Assembly (NCBI RefSeq): GCF_018977255.1
Contig: NW_024704763.1
Coordinates: 310,001-374,000 of the forward strand
DNA: 64,000 bases
Reading direction: 5' to 3'
DNA from: Callorhinchus milii
Lineage: Eukaryota
Part shown: piece after piece, positions 16,213 to 27,400 of the stretch
Position numbering within the stretch: position 1 is the stretch's first letter
Layout: each line of letters begins with the position of its first letter
Position numbers and translations under genes: made by a program
The notes under the pieces: generated by a model
Database searches by the model: none
Seen by the model: the letters and a program-made list of their open reading frames with translations, nothing else
Told to the model about the DNA's origin: nothing

Positions 16213-16886
16213 TCCAGCCCCTGGCACCCAGACCCCGGGCCCAGACCCCGTGCCCAGCCCCAGGCACCCAGACCCCGGGCCCAGACCCCGTGCCCAGCCC
16301 CAGGCACCCAGACCCCGTGCCCAGCCCCAGGCACCCAGACCCCGTACCCATCCCCTGGCACCCAGACCCCGTGCCCAGCCCCTGGCACCCAGACCCCGTG
16401 CCCAGCCCCAGGCACCCAGACCCCGTGCCCAGCCCCAGGCACCCAGACCCCGGGCCCAGCCCCTGGCACCCAGACCCCGTGCCCAGCCCCTGGCACCCAG
16501 ACCCCGTGCCCAGCCCCTGGCACCCAGACCCCGTGCCCAGCCCCTGGCACCCAGACCCCGTGCCCAGCCCCTGGCACCCAGACCCCGTGCCCAGCCCCTG
16601 GCACCCAGACCCCGTGCCCAGCCCCTGGCACCCAGACCCCGTGCCCAGCCCCTGGCACCCAGACCCCGGGCCCAGCCCCTGGCACCCAGACCCCGGGCCC
16701 AGCCCCTGGCACCCAGACCCCGTGCCCATCCCCTGGCACCCAGACCCCGTGCCCAGCCCCTGGCACCCAGACCCCGTACCCATCCCCTGGCACCCAGACC
16801 CCGTGCCCAGCCCCTGGCACCCAGACCCCGTGCCCATCCCCTGGCACCCAGACCCCGTGCCCAGCCCCAGGCACCCAGACCCCGGG
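16213..16886. repeat. 27-bp minisatellite (CCCAGCCCCTGGCACCCAGACCCCGTG), about 24 copies
   Basis: Directly visible near-perfect tandem array; gives 9-aa periodic ORFs in all six frames. Confidence 0.97.
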
Positions 16887-17396
16887 CCAGCGCTTTGGGA
16901 CATTCCCCCCCGACATGAAAGGTGCAATTATACACGTGGATTGAAATTGTTTACAAAGTTAATACATAAAAAACTTGTTTCAGATTCTGTAAATTGACAA
17001 TAAAACCTTGTAACAGAAACAGGAGACATTATGGTGCCCTGTGTTTTAATCAGAGGATGTGACAGAGCAGCGTGTTTGAGGGTCAGTGTGTGCGTGTGTG
17101 TGAGAGAGGGTCACTGTGTGTGTGTGTGAGGGTCAGTGTGTGTGTGTGTGAGGGTTACTGTGTGACGGTCAGTGTGTGTGTGAGGGTCAGTGTGTGTGTG
17201 NNNNNNNNNNNNNNNNNNNNNNNNNNNNNNNNNNNNNNNNNNNNNNNNNNNNNNNNNNNNNNNNNNNNNNNNNNNNNNNNNNNNNNNNNNNNNNNNNNNN
17301 NNNNNNNNNNNNNNNNNNNNNNNNNNNNNNNNNNNNNNNNNNNNAGGGTCAGTGTGTGTGAGGGTTGTGTGTATGTGAGTGGGTCAGTGTGTGAGA

Positions 17397-17800
17397 GGGC
17401 GGGGCTGAGCTGTTTCTCAATGAGAGCCCCGCCCCAGGGCGTGGCCTGGCTCCCGGGGGCGGGGCCTGGCTCCCGGGGGCGGGGCCTGGCTCCAGGGGCG
17501 GGGCCTGGCTCCCGGGGGCGGGGCCTGGCTCCCGGGGGCGTGGTCGGGTTAGGGGGGCGGGGCCGGGCTCGGGGGGGCCGGGCTCGGGGGGCCGGGCTCG
17601 GGGGGCCGGGCTTGGGGGCGGGGCCTGGCTCCCGGGGGCGGGGCCGGGCTCGGGGGGCGGGGTCTGGCTCCCGGGGGCGGGGCCGGGCTCGGGGGGCGGG
17701 GCCGGGCTTGGGGGCGGGGCCGGGCTCCGGGGGCGGGGTCTGGCTCGGGGGCGGGGCCGGGCTCCGGGGGGGCGGGGCCGGGCTCGGGGGCGGGGTCTGG
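17397..17800 (+). promoter_or_regulatory. KIF7 CpG-island promoter made of tandem GC boxes (GGGGCGGGGCCTGGCTCCC-like units)
   Basis: About 15 GGGCGGG Sp/KLF motifs in a ~20-nt repeat, directly upstream of a candidate non-coding exon ending TCG|GTGAGT (17873/17874). Confidence 0.7.
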
Positions 17801-17875
17801 CTGAGCTGCAGCCGCGGCCTTCCGTCTCTCTGTCTCTTCGGGTCGTGTCTGAAGCCGCAGCAACTGAGGGTCGGT

Positions 17876-18395
17876 GAGTCAGTGTGAGTGTCTCAGTGTG
17901 AGTGTGTGTGTGAGTCAGTGTGAGTGTGTGTGTCTCAGTGTGAGTGTGTGTGTCAGTGTGAGTGTGTGTGTCAGACAGTGTGAGTGTGTGTGTGTCAGAC
18001 AGTGTGAGTGTGTGTGTGAGACAGTGTGAGTGTGTGTGTCTCAGACAGTGTGAGTGTGTGTGTCAGTGTGAGTGTGTGTGTGAGTCAGTGTGAGTGTGTG
18101 TGTCTCAGTGTGAGTGTGTGTGTGTGTGTCTCAGTGCCCTGTGTGTGTGTCTCAGTGTGAGTGTGTGTGTGTGTGTCTCAGTGCCCTGTGTGTGTGTCTC
18201 AGTGTGAGTGTTGCCCTGTATATGTGTGTGTGTCTCAGTGTGAGTGTGTGTGTGTCTCAGTGTGTGTGTGTGTCTCAGTGCCCTGTGTGTGTGTCTCAGT
18301 GTGAGTGTGTGTGTGTCTCAGTGTGAGTGTGTGTGTGTCTCAGTGCCCTGTATATGTGTGTGTGTGCCGCAGTGTGAGTGTGTGTCAGTGTGTGA
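17876..18395. repeat. (CAGTGTGAGTGTGTGTGTCT)-type simple repeat in KIF7 intron 1
   Basis: Directly visible; a related GT-rich repeat with a gap lies at 17075-17395. Confidence 0.9.
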
Positions 18396-18498
18396 GTATT
18401 CTGCTTTCTGGTTGATGTTGAGACCGGAAAGAGTTCTGAATGTGTTGCACACAGACACACACGCGTGTGAAGGCGGTGCTGCCGTGTGACCGCTGAGG

Positions 18499-21400
18499 AT
18501 GACGCCCAAGCCGAGCGGTATGGTCAAGGCTGAGGAGACACCAGTGCGCGTGGCCGTGCGTGTGCGTCCGCTGCTGCCCAAGGAGACGCTGCACGGACAC
18601 CAGTCCTGTGTGCATGTGGCCTCCGACTCCCGGCTCCTCACCCTGGGACACGATCACTGCTTCTCCTTTGACGTTGTCCTTGACCAGAATGCCAACCAGG
18701 AGGAGCTCTACAGCACCTGTGTGGAGTCCCTCGTCCATGCCTTCTTCCAGGGCTTCAATGCCACCGTATTCGCCTACGGGCAGACGGGATCTGGCAAGAC
18801 CTACACCATCGGGGAGGCCAACATTGGTACGTTCCTACACAGCACAATACCATACACTGCCCACATGGCCACACACTGCCATACACACTCCCAGCCTCTC
18901 GCCCTAACCTGCTGCCCGGCCACTCACCCTAACGCGTAGCCAAGCTTTAATAGTTGCGCATTAGGAATCCTGCGTCTTCCATCTCCAACACATTGCCCAC
19001 CTCCAACCGTACCTTTATCCTAAATGCAGCCGAAACCCTCATGTATGTGTTTGTCACCTCTCGCCTGGATTACTCCAAACCCCTCCTCGCCGTCTCCCCA
19101 TCCCCACTATTCACAAGATCAGCTCATTCAGACTCTGCCGCCCACATACTGACTCTGACCAAACCCTGTCACATCTCCCCAGCTCTGGCCCAGGCTCCAT
19201 TGGCTCCCCATTACCCAACACATCGACTTCAAGACCCTCACTCTCGTGTTCAAATCCCTTACCCCCCTGACCCCTCCCTCCCTCTCCGATCTCCTCACTC
19301 CCCAATCCACCACCTGGCGCCTCCGCTCGACTGGCACCGGATCCTGCTCGTCTCCCACACCTTTCACCCCATCATCAGAGCTCACGCTTTCAGCCACTGA
19401 GCCCCAAAACTCTGCAATACTCTCCCTCAATCTCTCTGCCTTGGCCCCGCTCTTCCCTTTTTTAAGTCCCACCTGAAAACCTTCCTCTTCGATCGTGCTT
19501 ACGGCCACCTCCCGGCTCGGAGTCAGGCTCCGCCACTGTAAAGCGCTCTGAGACGCTACCTTATGTGGAAGGTGCTGTATAAGTGCAAGTTGTTGTTGTT
19601 GATTGATGTTGCAAATTGCTCTGTGTGTTGGAGCTGGACTCCAGCTGTCTGCGAGGACAGGCTCCAAGTGAGGCAGGCTTCAGTCAAACTCACAACTTTC
19701 TAGATTATACGCAAATTTTATTTATTTAATTATCATCCATTTTCGCTTGAGTTTTAACTGAGGTCTGCCTTGTGTGAACAGTTGCGTTCATCCCTGTCCC
19801 TTTCATACACATGTTAAAGTTTTTCCTTGCTTTATATTCTCTCATTTAAATTCACTCCAAATATTCTGAATAATTTGTCGTTCATCTCACTGTTTCTGCT
19901 GCTGCGAAACAACCCTCACTTCATTTCTAATTAATTTCGTTCTGTGAAACACTTTGAGACGGTCCTTAGGCCATATAAATGTTTGTGTTCGTGTTAACCC
20001 CTTGTAGTTCAGTAGCACATTGCTAGACGGAGCTGACACACATTGACATGTCCTCGCCTCTTTGCCAGCCTCTGTCAGTGAGGAGGACCAGGGGATAATC
20101 CCACGCTCCCTGGCTGAGGTGTTTAAACTGATTGACGAGAATGAGGCGAGAGACCACACTGTCAGGGTCTCATACCTGGAGGTCTATAAGGAGGAGTTCA
20201 AGGACCTGCTGGAGGTGGAGACGGCAAATAAAGACATTCGTATCCGTGAAGATGACAAAGGGAACACAGGTGAGTGGAGAGACCAGTGCCAGAGCGGGAC
20301 TGTGTATGTGTGTGTGTGGGGGGGGTGGGGGGGAGTGTGTGTGTATATGTGTATGTGTGGGGAGGGGGAAGGGGGGTTGTGTGTGTGGGTGTGTATGTGT
20401 GGGGTGTGTTTGGGGTGTGTGTGTGTGTTTGTAGGGTGTGCATATGTGTGTATGGAGTGTGTGTGTCGAGTGGGGGTTTGTGTGTGTGTGCGCAGTGTGT
20501 GNNNNNNNNNNNNNNNNNNNNNNNNNNNNNNNNNNNNNNNNNNNNNNNNNNNNNNNNNNNNNNNNNNNNNNNNNNNNNNNNNNNNNNNNNNNNNNNNNNN
20601 NNNNNNNNNNNNNNNNNNNNNNNNNNNNNNNNNNNNNNNNNNNNNNNNNNNNNNNNNNNNNNNNNNNNNNNNNNNNNNNNNNNNNNNNNNNNNNNNNNNN
20701 NNNNNNNNNNNNNNNNNNNNNNNNNNNNNNNNNNNNNNNNNNNNNNNNNGGAGTGGGTGTGTGTGTGTGTGGAGTGTGTGTGTGGGTGTGTGTGTGGAGT
20801 GGGGGTTTGTGTGTGTGACCTGCCCAGTCACGGTGTGTTGCTGGTTGGCTGTGTTGCAGTGCTGTGTGGGGTGAAGGAGTGTGAGGTGGAGGGCCTGGAC
20901 GAGGTGCTGAGTTTGCTAGAGATGGGGAACACGGCCAAGCACACGGGAGCCACTCTGGTCAACCCTCGCTCCAGCCGCTCCCACTCAATCTTCACGGTGA
21001 CCATGGAGCAGCGGCGAGGCCAAGGGCGAGGCCGGAGTGGAGACAGCAATGGGAACGCCGAGCTCGGCACCAAACTCCTAATCTCCAAATTCCACTTTGT
21101 GGACTTGGCCGGCTCGGAGCGCATCGTGCGGACGGGGAACGCTGGGGAGCGGCTGAAGGAATCCATCCAGATCAACAGCGGCCTCCTGGCTCTGGGCAAC
21201 GTGATTAGTGCCCTGGGTGATCCCAGGCGCCGGAGCGCCCACATTCCTTACCGCGATTCCAAGATCACCCGCATCCTGAAGGACTCGCTGGGCGGCAATG
21301 CCAGGACCCTGATGGTGGCCTGTATCAGCCCCTCCGCGCTCAACTTCGATGAGAGCCTGAACTCGCTGAATTACGCCAGTCGCGCTCGCAACATCCGCAA

Positions 21401-24400
21401 CCGAGCGGTGATCAACTATGGCGCCGAGGGGGAGGGCGAGGGTCCAGGGGGGCTGGCACGGCAGGTGCAGGTTCTCCGCCAAGCGCTGGAGAGGACGGAA
21501 AGGCGAGAGCCCAGTGAGGGCTATCTGGCCCGGCTACACGCACAGAGCGATCACTACCGCTCCTGCACGGCGGCCGCTCACTGTCTCCTGGCCGGGCTGC
21601 GAGAGGCCGGGACCCTGGGGCCCGAGCAGGGGCTCAGGGTCAGGGAGTGGATGTCTGCCGTGGAGGAGGCGCAGGGCCGACTGTCCACAACCTCCGACAG
21701 CGGCATCGGAGACCAGACTGGAGCTCGGCAACTCCACAGGGACCAGCCCGGCCGGCGGCAGGTAAACACCGGGGCTCGGAGCGACACTACCTGGGAAGCC
21801 AACAATAACCGGGGGAGGTGGGGGGTGCGCGTGCAGGAGCTGTGGGTATTGTTCTGTATAGTGCCCAGACTGACCCCCCCCCCCACCTCCAAGTGCTGTA
21901 ATTAATCATAATAATAATCCTTATATTTGACATATATATATATCACCTCTTCCATACGTCTCAAAGCGCTTCACACCATATACTGTAAAGTGTAGTGACT
22001 GTGTATTTTGTGGGTGAAAATTGCTCAGCCACCAGATGGATTCAATATAGATTAGATGGGGTGGGGGTGGAGGGGACTCGGGGCTGAAAGTTACCAAAAT
22101 TCTCAGTGTTTCAGCTTTTATAAAAAGACTTTGAGTTTTGGATGAAGTCTCATTTGATGTTGTTATTACGGTTTACAAACCGCTTGTGCAGAGGCCGGTG
22201 AGTACATTGGGTCAGATCCCAGCTCTGTGTCTGCCCGGCCTGCGTGTGGCTGCTGTATGTTAGTGTATGTAGGAGGCTGTGCTGTGCCAAGGCCACATGT
22301 TAGTGTGTCAGTGCGGTGCTGTGTCTCAGTGTTGCTGTGTGTCAGCGTGTCGCTGTGTGTGTCCAGCGTGTCGCTGTGTGTGTCCAGCGTGTCGCTGTGT
22401 GTGTCCAGCGTGTCGCTGTGTGTGTCAGCGTGTCGCTGTGTGTGTCAGTGTGTCGCTGTGTGTGTGTCAGTGTGTCGCTGTGTGTCAGTGTGTCGCTGTG
22501 TGTGTCAGTGTGTCGCTGTGTGTCAGTGTGTCGCTGTGTGTCAGTGTGTTGCTGTGTGTATCAGAGCAGTGCTGTGTGTGTCAGTGTGTCGCTGTGTGTC
22601 AGTGTGTCGCTGTGTGTGTCAGTGTGTCGCTGTGTGCCAGTGCGGTGCTGTGTGTGTCAGCGTGTTGCTGTGTGTGTCAGCGTGTTGCTGTGTGTGTCAG
22701 TGTGTTGCTGTGTGTGTCAGTGCGTTGCTGTGTGTGCCAGTGCGGCACTGTTGTGTCAGTGTGTCGCTGTGTGTGTCAGTGTGTCGCTGTGTGCCAGTGC
22801 GGTGCTGTGTGTGTCAGCGTGTTGCTGTGTGTGTCAGCGTGTTGCTGTGTGTGTCAGTGTGTTGCTGTGTGTGTCAGTGCGTTGCTGTGTGTGCCAGTGC
22901 GGCACTGTTGTGTCAGTGTGTTGCTGTGTGTGTCAGAGCAGTGCTGTGTGTGTATAGGCTGCCACTGACCCTGCGAGGCTGGAGGCACAAGTGCAGCGTC
23001 TGCAGGAGGAGAACAGCGACTTCCTGGCGGCTCTAGAGGACGCGATGGAGAGGTTCAGGCAGCAGGTACACGTGGTGGGGGGGGTACACAGGGGCAGCGG
23101 GTACACAGGGGGGGTACACGGGGGCAGCGGGTACACGGGGTGGGGTACACAGGGGCCAGCGGGTACACGGGGTGGGGTACAGGGGCAGCGGGTACACGGG
23201 GGGGGTACACAGGGGGCAGCGGGTACACGGGGTGGGGTACACAGGGGCCAGCGGGTACACGGGGTGGGGTACACAGGGGCCAGCGGGTACACGGGGTGGG
23301 GTACACAGGGGGCAGCGGGTACACGGGGTGGGGTACACGGGGGGCAGCGGGTACACGGGGTGGGGTACACAGTGGCCAGGGTCAGGGCGTGTTGGTGCCC
23401 GGGTATTTATTGTCGTTTGTGTTTCAGAACGAGAAGCTGTTGGATCAGCAGGACTGTATTGTGCAGTTACAGAGCAGATTGTCAGCCGGCAGCTGGGGCC
23501 CCGCGGTCAGCCCTCGCCCCCGTGATGATGTGAGCCACAGGCCTCCTGTCCAACCCGTCTCCACCGCGTTCAGCAACTCAGTGAACTCTCCTCGACTCCC
23601 AAATCAACTCAATACTGTCCTCTCTCTCTCCTCCCTCTCCCCTCTCTCTCTTGCCTCCTCCCTCTCCCCTCTCTCTCTTGCCCCCTCCCTTACTGATTTG
23701 TACTCTCTTCCGTTCGACACTGTAGTAAAGAGATCGAGTAACAATGTGTTATAGACACAGCGCCAGACGTCGCTGGGGAAAGCCTTGTGTCCGTGTGTGT
23801 CTGACCCTCTGATCACACTGAGCCGGTGAGACACTGTGTGTCCGCCGGCAGCCACTGGTTACTGCCCCCGACACTCACTGTCTGTTTGTTTCCCGCCAGA
23901 CGTGGCCTCCCCCAGACACGGGGCCCGGGCTTGGGGCCCCAGGAGACCAGGGGGCTGGGCTTCATGTGGATTCCAACACCGACGCTGAGTGTGGGACCTC
24001 ACAACCAGAGGAGGCGACCGACAGCAAACTGGAGTCCAGCAGGTGGGCAAACACTGTACACTGCCCGGGCCGAGGGGCTCCAGGGTAACACTCTGGGACA
24101 CTGCCCTCATGAGGGGCAAGTTGTTGTAAGTTGAGAAGCTGAATGTATTAGAGATGTCAGTAATCCTCTCCGTGTCCACACCTTGCGGCGCCAGACATTC
24201 ACTCCCTGCCTTGTCTTTGCTTTCAGACACGGCAGGAATCACACCTGGACTGAGAGGCACCTCCCTGAGGCTGAGCAGAGTGAGGGTGAGGACGTGACCG
24301 CGGCTGTGCAGGGCTGTGTGAGGGGCTGACACTGTGTGACTGCGTGAGGGGCAGGACTCTGTGAGGGGCTGACGCTGTGTGACTGTGCAGGGCTGTGTGA

Positions 24401-27400
24401 GGGGGTGTTGCTAACACTGTGTGGCTGTGCAGGGCTGTGTGAGGGGGGAGTGCGGGCTCGGGGCTGCTCCCCTGGCTCAGATGACTGTGAGGACGTGTCG
24501 GGATCCTCGCTCAGGAGCTGGGAATGGAGACTGGCTCAGGCCCAGCACCAGGTCAGGGAGTTGGCCGTCAACATCCGCATGAAGGAGGAGCTCATCAAAG
24601 AATTGGTGAAAACAGGTGAGAGAACGAGTCCCGTTCGCAAGCGAGAGGACCTGGGTTTGATTCCCGGGTGGGGCAAAACCTTAGGCAAGTTCCACGCGCC
24701 GCTGTTTACCTACCAATAAATAGGAACCCAGTTGTTAGTCGACTAGTGGATCATTTCTGGGGCTAATAATCCCTTCAAAAAGATAAAAAGGAAATAATAA
24801 TTTGGTCATTCAATCCACAACTGTTTGTGGGACACTGCTGTGCACCGTTGGCTGCCACATTTCGTCCACAAAATACAGGCAATTCACTTTACAGTATATC
24901 CTTGGAAGGGATTTGAGATGTTTAGAAAACTCTCCCCTTGGCTCATTGTTAGAATCCGCCGCTGTGAAGCGCTCTGGGACGCTACTCTGTGTGAAGGGCG
25001 CTATATAAATGCAAGTTGTTGTTGTAGAAAACGTTTTAAGGCGCTTTGCAAATAAGGATTATTATTATTGTGTGTGTGTGTGTGTAGTGCCCCCTGATGT
25101 ACACACTGAGTACTGCCTGTCACCCACAGGGAGGGAAGCGGAGACCATGAACGAGCAATACTGCCGCACGATCAGCCGCCTCGAGCAGGAGGCAGAGAGG
25201 GTGAGGGCAGAGGGGGCCGAGGCTCAGCAGCAGCTCCAGGAACTGGAGGAGAACCAACCGAGGGACCCGGTGGAGAAGGGCAAAGTGCAGGAATACCGCA
25301 GGAAGGTGAACGCTGTGCACAGCGCAGTGCAGGTCAGTCACTGGTCACTCACTGGGCAGCCAGTTACAGCTGTCGTAATAACCACACTGGGTGCTGAGCC
25401 CCAGGGGGTCAGTGGGGGCTGGTCACTGTGTGATGGGGGTCAGTGGGGCTGGTCACTGTGTGATGGGGGTCAGTGGGGCTGGTCACTGTGTGATGGGGGT
25501 CAGTGAGGCTGGTCACTGTGGTGGGGGTCAGTGGGGCTGGTCACTGTGTGATGGGGGTCAGTGGGGCTGACCCTGGGCTGTGTTCCAGGCATTGACCCGG
25601 CGGAAGCGGGACACGGAGCGTCTGGTGTCCTTCTCGGTGCAGAGCGAGAGGCGGATCCTGGAGATGGAGAGCAACGTGCGGCTGATGAGGGAGCGACAGG
25701 CGGCGCTGCAGCGGAAGCTCAAGGAGGAGACGGACCAGAAGCGACGTATGGAGTGCGAGATGCAGCGAGGAAAACATCGTGTGAAGGTGGGAGGGGGACG
25801 GGCTCAGGAAGCTGGGCCAGCGCTTACCAACATCAAAACATAATGATTAGCTGGACAGAGTGGACCAAGGTCCGTCCAGATCACCTCCCACCGGCCTGGC
25901 AGTCGCTTGACATGACGTACCCTAAACTATAGATTGTAATGAGCGGCTGTTAGTTTCCCAATGGATCCCCGTCTGTAGCCATTGGTTTGACCAGTTCACT
26001 GAGCGTGTGAGTGTGAGTGTAAGGCAGCACCTCCCAGCTGGGGGCGCGGAGAGGGGGGTGATCTGTGTACTGTGTGCCGCAGTTGTCTTGGGGGGAGAGA
26101 TGTCGCTGGAAGGAGGAGCTCTCACTGCTCTGGGCTGGGGAATGGGGGTCCTGAGAGCGGGGGAGGGGGGGGGTGTTGGGGAAGGACACGAGGACATTAA
26201 AAAAAGTCCACATTTAATCCGGCACCAAGTCAGTCATTGCTGCTCATCTTTCAGGAGCTGGAAATCAAACAAGAGCAACAGCAGAAGATCCTCAAGATCA
26301 AAACAGAGGAAATCGCAGCATTTCAGCGGCAACGGCGGAGTGGCAGCACCGGCTCCGTCACCAGCACCAGCACCAGCACCAGCCAGGAGGAGCAGCAGGT
26401 CAGCCACACACCAGTGCACACTCACACCTGTACACACCTACGTATGCACACACACCTGTACACACCTACGTATGCACACACACCTGTACACACCTACGTA
26501 TGCACACACTCCTGTACACACTCACACACACAAACCCTCCCCGAATCCACCTCTGGATTTTTCCTGTAGAAAATGGAGGAGCAGAGGCGGTGGCTGGATA
26601 CAGAAATGGAGAAGGTTCTGGAACAGCGAAAGGCATTGGAGGATCTGGAAGAGGAGCTGAAGAAGCGAGAAACCATCGTCGAGAAGAAGGAGGCACTACT
26701 GCAGGAGCGGAGCGGCCTGGAGAGCAAGCGGCAGCGTTGCAGTCAGGTAAGCCAACGCCCCACATGTGTGCGTGTGGCTGTGCGTGTGCGTGTGGCTGTG
26801 CGTGTGCAAGTGGCTGCGTGTGACTGTGCGTGTGCAAGTGGCTGCATGTTGCTGTGCGTGTGCAAGTGGCTGTGCGTGTGCAAGTGGCTGTGCGTGTGAC
26901 TGCGTGTGCAAGTGGCTGTGCGTGTGCAAGTGGCTGTGCGTGTGCAAGTGGCTGTGCGTGTGACTGTGCGTGTGCAAATGGCTGTGCGTGTGCAAGTGGC
27001 TGTGCGTGTGACTGTGCGTGTGCAAGTGGCTGTGCGTGTGCAAGTGGCTGTGCGTGTGCAAGTGGCTGCATGTTGCTGTGCGTGTGCAAGTGGCTGTGCG
27101 TGTGCAAGTGGCTGTGCGTGTGGCTGTGCGTGTGCAAGTGGCTGTGCGTGTGGCTGTGCGTGTGCAAGTGGCTGTGCGAGTGGCTGTGCGTGTGGCTGTG
27201 CGTGTGCAAGTGGCTGTGCGTGTGGCTGTGCGTGTGCAAGTGGCTGTGCGTGTTGTTGTTCCCGCAGGCCCTGAGCAGTGACCTGGAGCGGGTATCGAGC
27301 CGGATCGAGTGCCTGGAGCAGGAGCTGTGTGAGAAGGACTGGCAGCTGCGGGGGGGCAGTGCCAGTGAGCAGCAGAGGCTCCGCCAGGAGATCGCCGGCC

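Noticed and set aside
16213-16886. CRISPR-like array
   Set aside because: Head-to-tail repeats with no unique spacers, no cas genes, and vertebrate DNA.
16159-16997. Six overlapping 220-270 aa ORFs with 9-aa repeats
   Set aside because: Artefact of a stop-free 27-bp minisatellite; no splice or domain support.
24636-24675. Third tRNA gene (B-box-like GGTTTGATTCCC)
   Set aside because: It is the tRNA-derived head of a SINE; no cloverleaf.
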